Below are positions 50,584 through 61,989 of a stretch of 64,000 nucleotides of DNA, piece after piece. Numbering within the stretch: position 1 is the first letter of the stretch; each line of letters starts with the position of its first letter. The notes under the pieces were generated by a model. The model saw only the letters and a list, made by a program, of their open reading frames with translations, did not search any database and was not told where the DNA came from. The position numbers and the translations under genes were made by a program. The stretch covers positions 14,694,001-14,758,000 of the forward strand of contig JBHGNT010000004.1 of NCBI GenBank assembly GCA_043228905.1. The letters are read 5' to 3'. The DNA comes from Azolla caroliniana (Eukaryota > Plantae > Polypodiophyta).

Positions 50584-53500
50584 CCGTGTTTGGGTTTTGC
50601 ACGTAAACATCCTGTGTACTCTTCTCTCCATTGTGTTGTGCATTCTTTCCCCGTTTTTTGTGTTTGATTCTAAGCTAAGTTGTGGCCGAGCGTTGTTTAT
50701 CGGGAGCGTGTAGTTCCTGTCAAAGTGGTATCAGAGCGAAACGACACAGAAAAATGGATGAATCGTTGGGAGGCATGTTCAAGCTCACCGGCTCCAACTA
50801 TTCCGTGTGGAAGTCGAAGATGAGGGACATGCTTGTGGTTAAAGATCTTTGGTTGCCGGTTCAGTTCGGGGACAAGAGATCGGACAAAATCGACGTCACG
50901 ATATGGGAGGTGATGCACATGAAGACAACGGCTTACATACGGTGCTTCATCGACATGAGTCTATACAACAACTTCAATGAAGAGAGCAAGGCTCATGAGG
51001 TCTAGGAGAAGATTGACATTATGTTTCAAAACAAAAATGATGTTAATCAGGTTTCGGTATTTTGGAAGCTAGTAAGACTCCGGTACCAAGATGGCTCCAG
51101 CATGGCGGAGCACATGAATGCCTTCTAGGGGCTGATCCACCAGGCAACAACATTGGAAGTACCTCTCGCCGATGAGGTACTAGCGCTACTCCTGCTTGGT
51201 TCCCTCCCAGATAGCTAGGAAACGTTGGTTGTCACTTTGGGCAACACCGGGCCGGAAGGGAAACGGTTATCCCTAGCAAGAATGAAGTCAAGCTTGCTAG
51301 ATGAGGAGGCGTGTCAGAAAGATAAGGATACGAGTTCCAACTCCAAAGCTCTCCTTACCGAATCGGAACGCGGAAGACAAAGGAACCGTAGCCCCCAGAA
51401 CCGGGAAAAGTCGGGGACACGGCCAAAGTCAAGGGGGAGGCCTACTTGCTTCTATTGCGGCAAGCCGGGACACTTCCAAAAGAACTGTCGGCACCTCCGA
51501 AAAGACAAGGAAACCGACGGTACCGATTCGAAGCGGACACCGGACCGGAACGGTAATGATTGGAGGGGGCCAGACCGGAAGGGAACGGCGGCTATCGCGG
51601 CAAGTGAAGAAGAGTTGATGCTCATCACTGAGGAGAGTGAGCTAAACCTTGCCGGCGACGAGATGACCTGGGTGGTCGACTCCGGAGCGTCGTTCCACCT
51701 TACCCCGGACCGGAAATGCTTCTCATCCTACTCAACCGGTGATCACGGCTGTGTCCGGATGGGGAATGAAGGTACATGCCGAATTGTCGGCATAGGAGAC
51801 GTGTGATTGACAACACCAACCGGATGCAAGCTGCTGCTGAAGGATGTCCGACACGTTTCGGAGGTTCGTCTGAACCTGATATCAGTCGGTCGGCTAGATG
51901 ATGAAGGCTACCTGGGTAGCATCCGGAACGGTGTTATGAAGTTCAGCAAAGGAAGCCTGATTGTGGCTCGGGCCCGGAAGGTAAACACGTTGTACCTGAT
52001 GAATGCCCGATTATGCCTGGAGGAACTAAACGTGGCATCCAACACTGCCGGTGAGATGTGGCACAAGAGGCTGTGTCACATGAGCGAGAAGGGGATGAAG
52101 AGGCTTTGTTGAGCGACAAGCTCAACCGGAGCTGGATCGGCTGAATAAGCCTGAGCCGGTAAGTAGTAAGGACCAGTAAGCAAGAGGAGCCGATATGCCG
52201 GATCCAATCCGTAACCGGAAGCCTAGTATAGGTTAGACTACTAGGCACTTATAGTCTCATAGTTAGTGTCAGATGCTTGTGTGAGCATTGAAGTACACCG
52301 TACTTCTAACAGTCCTGTGTGGACTTGTATAAATAGCGCTGATGAGCGCGTTGTAGATACAGAGCACAGAGGTTTCATATAATTTTGAAAATAGTGTGTT
52401 TTGCTGTCTCTGTCTCTCCCTCGTACTCTCTCTCTCTCTCTCTGTGTATTGTTCTTTCTAACACTTTTGCAAGCAATCTTTCACATGGTATCAGAGCGCG
52501 TGGGTTGAGAACCTCTGATGTAGACATCTACGCTTGTGAAGGAAACCCTAACAGATCGGAAAACAGACACAAAAGGAGAAATGGACAGAGGTATGGCTAC
52601 GTCGCTCCCGGTGGAGAAGCTCGACAGAACCAACTACGCAACTTGGTCATACAAGATGCACCAGTACTTGCTTGGGCATGACTACTGGAGTTATGTCGAC
52701 GGAGTGAACGACTCAGCACCGGAGACGACACACAAGGACTTCCCAGTGTGGGAACAGGCGGCAAGCAGGGTGATGTACTGCTTTACGTCCAGTGTCGGAG
52801 ACTAGTTGCTCAGCCATATCCGTGACGCCAAGACACCGAAGGATGCTTGGGGAAACCTAAAAAAGGTTTTCGCCGCAAGCACCACTGCCCGGAAGCTGCA
52901 AATCAGACAGGAGTTGAGCAATGTTCGACAGAAGAACATGTCTGTGGGAGATTACACAGACCGGATCAAAGGGATCTGTGACTCGCTTGCCTTTATTAAC
53001 ATCACCGTAGAGGAAGAAGAGATGGTGCAGGTCTGTCTTGGAGGCTTGGCGTCCAAGTTCGGAGCTTTCCGGACTACGGTTTGTACAAGGGAGAATACGC
53101 CCTCATTTTTCGACTTACAGTCGATGCTCCTTGTAGAGGAGAACCACGCCGGTGCATTTACTAGTGCACCCCCAGACAACCGGATGCTGTACATGGGAGT
53201 GGATCGGTCCCGCGGGTGTGGTGGACGAGGCAGGTCGGCACGCAATGGAGGCGGCCGGCAGGAGCAGGAACGAAGGCACAGTGAGCGTGCCAACAGCAGT
53301 TCCGGGACTCAAGGTGGTGCCGGAGGCCGGCAAGAAAAATCCGCTACGGAATGCTGGTACTGTGGCAAAAAGGGCCACAGGGAAAGCGAGTGCTGGAGAA
53401 AGCGTGCTGATTCGGACAAATCCGGATCCGGCAAGACCGGTAAGGAAGGCCGGCAAAGCTCGCACTACGCATACGGATCGGGAGGATCAAAGAACGGTAA

Positions 53501-56500
53501 GGGGCCAGCCTTGGTGATGAAGCACAAGGCAAACTCAATGAAGAAGAGCAATTCCAAATCGGAGGAAGTGTGGTACGTTGACTCCGGCGCATCGAACCAC
53601 ATGAAGAGCCATGGGGAGTGGTTGTCCTTTTTGGAGAAGCCGGATCAACCGGGAGTTGTCGAAACCGAAGACGACACTCCCCACCCGATCATGCACATCG
53701 GAGAAGTCCCTTTGAGCCATGTCGGACAGAGGGGGAAGCTGATGAATGTATTACATGTTCCGACGATCACGAAGAACCTGGTGTCGGTCAGACAGAACGT
53801 CGACCAGGGGATGCAGGTGCAGTTTACGCACCTCGGCTGCTTCATTGAGGATGAAGGCGAAGTTATTGCGCAAGGGCGCAGAGATGGGAGGATGTTTATC
53901 CTCTACACCAATGACGTTGGCACCGCACTGTTCGCCAAAGGACAGAAGGTCAAGTCGGATATCGACTTGTGGCACAAGCGGATCGGCCACGTCAACTACC
54001 AGAGGCTTCAAGACCTGCAAACGGAACAAGTCGTTTTTGGTTTGCTGAAGTTTAGCGGCCGGAGAGCCCAGATTTGTGAAGCTTTCCAACTCGGGAAGCA
54101 ACACCGGCTTCCATTCCCCACCGAAAGAAATCGAAGCTGTAACAAGCTCGATCTTATCCATTCGGATGTGTGGGGACCGGCACAAAATGTCAGCATTGGC
54201 GGGAGTTGATATTTCGTCTCCTTCATCGACGACTACACGCGGCATACGTGGATCTACCTCATTGAGCGGAAGAGTGAAGTTTTTGAGTGTTTTCGAAGCC
54301 TCTAGAAGATGGTGGAATGAGAATCGGAGAGGAAGATCAAATGCCTACGGTCGGATGGCAGAAAAGAGTACTTTTCTGGCCAATTCAACAGCTATCTGCA
54401 ACAGAAAGGAATTGAGCGAGAATTCAGCTGCAGATACACATCGCAACAGAACAGTGTAGCCGAAAGGAAGAATCGGTAGCTGATTGACGCGGCTAGGGCA
54501 ATGCTAGAGGAAAAGAGCATGCCCAAGTTCTATTGGGCGGAGGTGGTCCAAATGGTCGTTTACATCCAGAACCGGATCGGGGACAAGGTGTCAGCTCATG
54601 AGTTGTATTTCGGGTGCAAGCCGAATTTGAGACACCTCTGGATATTTGGCAGCATAGCCTATGTACATGTTCCGGATGAGAAGCGGAGAAAGCTGGATGA
54701 AAAATCGGAAAATTGCATCCTAGTCGGCTATGCTCAAGAGCAAAAGGGGTATAAGTGTTATAACCCCCGAACGAAGTAGGTCTGAGTCAGCCGAGATGTC
54801 GATTTTGATGAATCGGCATCGTGGTATTCCTTACCGACTATGACTTTCGATCCCGACCCGATGTCGGAGGATGGGGCTAGTGAGCCCGAACCGGCCCAAG
54901 TAGAGAAAGATGAAGCCGGGACTCAAGATGAGAGTCCGGAATCGTTTCGGTTAAGCGGACCGAATGAGAGACTGGATCAGTCCAACCAGTCGGATGATGA
55001 GACGACGAGTAGTGGAGACTCTGTCGTGCTCTCCCCGTGCAAGGAACCGAGGAGACGATTCACACGCAAAGAGAAAGGGAAGCAGAAGATGTCGGAATTC
55101 GAGACCGGCAATGATGAGTCGGATCGGTGCGTATCTGACTTCGACAAGGACATAGGTAGATCTTCGGGAACGAAGACCGAACCGGCCAAGAAGGGACTCA
55201 TACAGGGTAACGGTGAGTTATGCTAGTCCACCCGCCAGAAGGATCTCGTTAAACGGTACGAGTATAACGAGTACATGGCGCATCATTATGCGTACATGAC
55301 CAAGGTGGCGGAAGTGTGTGAGCCGGAGAGCTACGCAGAAGCGACAAAGGACGCAAATTGGCGCGCCGCTATGGAGGAAGAAATGCGGGCGCTGGATGCC
55401 AACGGAACTTGGGACCTGGTTGACCTTCCCCGTCACTGTAAACCGATCGGATGCAAGTGGGTGTACAAGATAAAGTACAATGCCGACGGTACAATTAACC
55501 GGTACAAGGCCTTGTTAGTGGCGAAGGGATATGCGCAGACCCACGGAATCGACTACGACGAGAACTTCGCTCCTGTAGCGAAGATGACGACAGTTCGTGT
55601 GGTACTGGCGGTTGCTGCGGCAAGGGGGTGGCATCTTCATCAGATGGATGTGAAGAATGCCTTCCTTCAAGGAGATCTTGAAGAAGAAGTCTTTATGACT
55701 CAGGCCCCCGGATTTCAGTCGGAGATGAACAAGTCGGCGGTATGTTGGCTGAGGAAGTCGTTGTACGGCTTGAAGCAAGCCCCCCGTGCTTGGAATGTTA
55801 AGATCACGCGCCGGTTGCGAAAGATGGGGTTTGTTGCCTCTAAGTCAGACTCTTCCCTGTTCATCCGTCAAGGCTCAAACGGTCTGGTATGTATCTTACT
55901 CTATGTTGATGATTTAGTCATCACCGGCCTAGGTCTTCCGGAAATCAACCGCGTCAAGTCCCAGTTGTCAGACGCATTCAATATGAAGGATTTGGTGGAC
56001 CTTCATTATTTTTTGGGGATCGAGGTGATCCGCACCCCCGATGGCATATTGCTTTCTCAATGCCATTATGTGTTAAATATGCTGTACAAGTTCGGCATGA
56101 CAGAATGCCGACCTGTCTCCACACCCCTGGACCGGAATCAGAAGATCCGCCCCAACTCCGGACCAACCTGCGATGAGAAACGGTTCCGACAAATAGTCGG
56201 AAGCCTGATCTACTTGACCATCACCCGACCCGACATTAGCTATCTGGTCGGAGTGGTAAGCCAATTCATGCAGAAGCCGACCGTGGAGCACCTTCTGTGC
56301 GCGCAACGAATACTGAGGTATGTAAGCGGCACTAAGGACCGGGGGCTCTTATACCGGAAAGGTATAACCGAAGAGCTTGTCGGCTACACGGATGCCAATT
56401 GGGTTGGCGATGCAACGGATCGTTGCTCAACTTCCGGCTTTATGTTTTCTCTTGGGAGTGCGGCTGTTGTGTGGAGCAGCAAAAAGCAGCCAACAGTGGC

Positions 56501-59500
56501 TCTATCCAGCACTGAGGCTGAATACCGGGGCGTGACCGTTGCCACCTGCGAAGCCATTTGGCTTCGGCGACTACTGCAAGACCTGCGGATCGAGGTACCG
56601 ATCCCGATCCTGATCTACTGCGATAACCTTAGCAGCATGCAGCTGGCCAAGAACCCTGTGTTCCATGCTTGCACAAATCACATAGAAGTGCATTATCACT
56701 TCGTGCGTGAGCGGGTCTTGAGCGGTGAAGTTGAACTACGGTATGTTCACATGGATCGGCAAGTTGCCGACATCTTCACCAAGCCGCTCGGGTCGGACAA
56801 GTTGCAGCACTTTGCCAAAATGCTTGGTGTTCAGCATCTCGACGTGCCGCACTTGAGGGGGAGATGCAAGGGCAAAGACACTACCGAAACGGGCAAAGGC
56901 AAAAGAACTGTTGAACCCGTAGGTAAGAGAAGATCCGGTAGAGGTGGAGACAAGAAGAAAAATGAAGCCGAATCGACGAAGGAAGTCGGCACATCCGAAC
57001 AAGTCGGTGAACCGGCTGAAGAAGCCAAGGGAAGTACAGAGAAGGCCAAGACCCGGACGTGGTCTGATGTGGTGAGAGGCTTGAAGCCGAAAATCTAATC
57101 GGAGGATACCGATTCGGACAAGAGCTGGAACGAGTCAGAGACAACCGATTTGGATCAATAGACGGATCCGGATGTGTCCGATCAACGAAAGGCCAAGGAG
57201 ACACGGATGCAGCGGAAGTCAATGCCAGCGCGGTGGAACCGACGGATCGGCAAACGCCGGAGTCATAGCAGCGAAGGAGCTGAGATGGGCCTATTGAGCA
57301 TACATGCCGAAGGTTGAGGCGCGTAGAACCAAAGGGGTCGTGGCAAACGGAACCGGACCGGACAAGGAGCGCGAGCAAGGCGAAGCGACGCCAGGAGAAG
57401 TCGGTTGGAAGAACCAGCTACCACAGAGGTTGACACTACGACCCTACCTCAGGTTGAGCTTGAGGGGGAGTGTTGAGTGGCAAGCTCAACCGGAGCCGGA
57501 TCAGCTGAATAAGCCTGAGCTGGTAAGCAGTAAGGACCGATAAGCAAGAGGAGCCGATATGCCGGATCCAATCCGTAACCGGAAGCCTAGTATAGGTTAG
57601 ACTACTAGGCAGTTATAGTCTCGTAGTTAGTGTCAGATGCTCGTGTGAGCATTGAAGTACACCGTACTTCTAACAGTCCCGTGTGGACTTGTATAAATAG
57701 CGTTGATGAGCACTTTGTAGATACAGAGCACACAGGATTCATATAATTTTGAAAATAGTGTGTTTTACTCGCTGTGTCTCTCCCTCGTACTCTCTCTCTC
57801 TCTCTGTATTGTTCTTTCTAACGCTTCCGCAATCAATCTTTCACAGGCTTGCAGCAGACAACCTCATTCTAGTGAAGAACGTGCACTTGGAGAAGTGCAC
57901 TGATTGTCTGGCCGGTAAACAAAACCGGACCTCCTTTCGATTGAGGCCACCAATGAGACGTAATGCACCACTGGAGTTGGTGCATACTGATGTATGTTAA
58001 GAGGACACGAAGTCACATGCCGGATCGCAGTACTTCGTGATGTTCATAGATGACCACAGCCGGAAGCTGTGGGCCACACCGTTAAAGACAAAGGATCAGG
58101 TGCTATCCGTCTTCAAAGATCTCCACGCGAGAGTGGAAAGAGAAACCGGCCGGAAGCTGAAGGCGGTTCGAGCTGATAACGGAGGTGAATACCGGGGGCA
58201 GTTCGAGGAGTATTGTCGCTCGAAGGGAATCTAGCTCGAATTTACCGTGCCGAAGACGCCGGAACTAAATGGGCTAGCCGAGATGATGAACCGGACCATA
58301 ATGGAGAGGGTCCGGAGTATATGCTGGCACATGCAAAACTACCCAAGAAGTTTTGGGCTGAGGCACTATCGACGGCAACATATGTGATAAACAGATCACC
58401 CTTAGTACCCTTGGACCGAGACACGCCACAGAGAGTCTGGACCGGTAAGGAAGTTTCCTACCGGCATCTGAAGGTATTTGGGTGTCTTGCGTATGTGCAT
58501 GTAGCTAAGGACCAGAGAGGAAAACTAGATCCGAGGACCCGACCATGCATATTCCTCGGTTACGACGACGATGAGTTTGGCTACCGAGTGTGGGACCCGG
58601 TCGACAAGAAGGTATTCCAGAGTCGAGATATTATCTTCATGGAGGACAAGAAGCTCGCCGACTGGGAGTCGGAGAAGAAGATAATGAACCCCGAGTCGAC
58701 CAGTAAGGATCTATTCTACGATGAGCAGAACCAACCGGCAAGAGACCGGTTAGCACTCGAGGAACCAGCCGGTTACGGTGAGGATATTGAACCGGCAGAA
58801 GAAGAAGTAGAGGAAGCTGAAACCGGAACCGGCCAAGACCCCGAATCGGATTCAGATGAAGAGCAAATGGAGGAGCCGGTTATCGAAGCCCAAAGACGGA
58901 GATATCCTCTTAGAGAGAGAAGGCCCGTCCGGAGATTTCCGGATGTAGAGCATGTGCTGCTAACCGATGAGGGGGAGCCAGAGAGCTTCGAAGAAGCGAA
59001 GGATGACACCCATAACCGCAAATGGTTAAGTGCCATGCAGGATGAGATGGATTCCTTGCATGAGAACCATATGTACGAATTGTTGGAGTTGCCGAAAGGA
59101 AAGTGGGCACTCCGAAAAAAGTGGGTGTACAAGTTGAAACCGGGAGATGCCGGCAACCCCCCGAGATACAAAGCCAGGATCGTGGTGAAGGGGTTCCAGC
59201 AGAAGAAGGGCGTGGACTTCAACGAGATATTTGCCCCGGTAGTAAAGATGACCTCCATCCGGACGGTGCTGAGTATAGCGGCAAGCATGGACGTTGAGGT
59301 AGAGCAGCTAGACGTGAAGACGACATTCCTTCACGGTGACCTCGAAGAGGAGATCTACATGCAGCAACCGGAAGGATTCGTGGAGAAAGGGAAGGAGCAC
59401 CTGGTATGCCAGTTGAAGAAGAGCCTGTATGGACTGAAGCAGGCTCCTCGACAATGGTACCGGAAGTTCGACTCCTTCATGACCGATCAAGGGTACCACA

Positions 59501-61163
59501 AGACACAGGCCAATCACTGCGTGTTTGTGAAGAAGTTCGAAGGAGGCGACTTCCTGATACTCCTCTTGTACGTGGATGACATCTTGATCATCGGACGGGA
59601 CCAAGCTAGAATACCAACCGAACTTTTGCAATGAAAGACTTGGGTCCGGCAAGACAGATGCTGGGGATGCATATCATCCGGAATTGGCCAACGAAGCAAT
59701 TGTGGCTGTCACAAGAGAAGTACGTGACAAAGGTGCTTCAGCGGTTCAACATGTTAGAAGCGAAACCGGTCGGTTCGACACTCCCGGCAAACTGCAGATT
59801 ATCCAGTAAGCCCAAAGACGAAAGCAGAGAAGGCTGATATGATGAAGGTTCCATATGCCTCTGCCGTCGGGAGCTTAATGTACGCAATGGTGTGTACCCG
59901 ACCGGATATAGGATACGCAGTCGGAGTGGTGAGCTAGTTTATGAGCAATCCCGGCAAGGAGCACTGGAACGCGGTCAAATGGATACTCCGGTACTTGAAG
60001 GGCACTTCAAATATGTGCCTTCGATTCGGCTCCGGAAAACCTCAACTTGACGGTTTTATCGATTCGAAAATGTCGGCTGATGTGGATACCAGCCGGTCTA
60101 CATCCAGGCATGTAATGACATATGCAGGGGGAGTTGTTTCGTGGCAGTCGAGGCTGCAGAAGACGGTTGCGTTGTCAACCACGGAGGTGGAGTACATGGC
60201 GGCTGTGGAAGCCGGCAAGGAAATACTATGGATGAAGGACTTCATCGGAGAGCTCGGTATCCGGCAAGATGAATACCGGCTCTATTGCGATAGTCAAAGT
60301 GCCATCCACCTTGTCAAGAATGCGGCCTACCATTCCCGGACGAAGCATATCCAGCGAAGGTATCACTGGATCCGGGAAAGAGTAGATGACCAGGAGTTCG
60401 CGTTGACGAAGATCCACATGGCCGAGAACGGGTCAGATATGCTGACCAAAGTACTGATACCTGACAAGCTGGATGCATGTCGGAAGCGGATCGGACTAGT
60501 AAGCGGATCGGACAAGGGGGAGTTTGTTAGGAAACAGGCCCCTCCGGATGGGAAGTGCAAAGAACAGAGATGATGAGTACTCGGCAATGGAAGACCCGGT
60601 GAGAACCGGATGTGGAGTACCCGGCAACGGAAGACCCGGTGAGAACCGGATGACGTGTGCCTGGCAAGCACCGGATGATGCAGGCCCGGTGAGGAGTGCT
60701 CATCGGATGAAGGGACATATTCGTAAATATGTTTCTGAGAGTCCATTGGGGCTATATTTGTAAATAGCCGAAAAGTCATATTAGTATACATATGACTTGG
60801 GGCAAACTTAGTATAGTCTTTTTTTTGTGTTGTTGTCATTCTTGTTGGCGCAAGATTAGAGCGCAACAGTGTACAAAGAGAGAAAGAGACGAAGAGTACG
60901 TATCTCTGTTGTAACCGCCGCTTGTGGCGAAGACAGTGAACAAGAGGTTGTTGACTTTGTGTTCATCTATTGTATATTGTTACATAGTGATAGTTAGCAG
61001 TCAGTGGACTGCCGTGGTTTTTCCCCGTGTTTGGGTTTTCCACGTAAACATCCTGTGTACTCTTCTCTCCATTGTGTCGTGCATTCTTTCCCCGTTTTCT
61101 GTGTTTGATTCTAAGCTAGGTTGTGGCCGAGCGTTGTTCATCGGGAGCGTGTAGTTCCTGTTA
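50584..61163 (+). mobile_element. Tnt1/Tork-like Copia, 5' LTR truncated (50584-50722), interrupted by a nested Copia
   Basis: PBS at 50726, gag from 50754, WVVDSGAS, INT/RT/RH 57851-60573, PPT AAGGGGGAG, 3' LTR 60525-61163. Confidence 0.95.
52107..57845 (+). mobile_element. Full-length nested Ty1/Copia element with several stops
   Basis: LTRs 52107-52485 and 57471-57845, TSD GGCTT, PBS at 52486, gag-PR 52580-54209, RT-RH ORF 55275-57098 (YVDD). Confidence 0.97.
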
Positions 61164-61989
61164 GAAACCATCTCCACGATGAAGGGAGAGTGCGAGTCGA
61201 TTACGGAAGTCCGGAGGTTCTTGGGAGCTTGCGCGTTCTACCACATCTGGATCCCGCATTATGCCCACATCGCGGAGCCACTCTACAGGTTGTTGAAGAA
61301 AGGGCGCAAATTCGAGTGGAGCGTGGAGCATACGGTGTCGGTCCGAAAAATGAAGGAAGCGCTTGCCGCGGCACTGGCGCTCCGGAAAGCGGTTTACTGA
61401 AAGGATGTTATGATTTCTGTAACCGTAGATAAGAGTCCGATCAGGATAGGATGGGTGATCAACCAGGAGGATGAGAACAGTGCAGGGTTCCCCATCCGGT
61501 TCGGTGTAAAAGTACTCAGCGAGCGACAACGAGGATACGCCCAGGTTAAATGCGAACTCTGGGGTATGATTTCGGCGGTCAAGGCCGATAGAGAGAACCT
61601 GATCGGGAGAGAGGTGATAATAGAGACGGACTGCATACCAATCCTCGGTATGGTTTCCGGATGCGCGACGCCGGACCTGGCGATGCTCCGTGGATCGTGT
61701 ACATTAATTACCTGAAACTGGATATATGACACATTTCTGGGAAGGACAACGCCATGGACAATATGCTTTCGAGAGCGAGGTTTGATGGTTTCAGAGGACG
61801 AGGAAGTCGGCGTGGACTTCTTCGAGAAAACTTACGTGACGACGAGAAATGGGAGCACTCCGGCGCTTAACGAGTTCGACGAGGGTAGGTACGACGGGGA
61901 GTGACTCTAGATCGGCAGGTTCCTGAAGACGATGATGCGGGATGCGGCGTGGACAAAGGAAGAGGCTAACCGGATCTGGAAGAAAGCGT
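61164..61989 (+). mobile_element. Degenerate Gypsy RT-end/RNase H fragment (GC-rich relative of 43422-50583)
   Basis: ITEVRRFLGACAFYHIWIPH, IGWVINQEDE and IETDCIPILGM. Confidence 0.9.
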
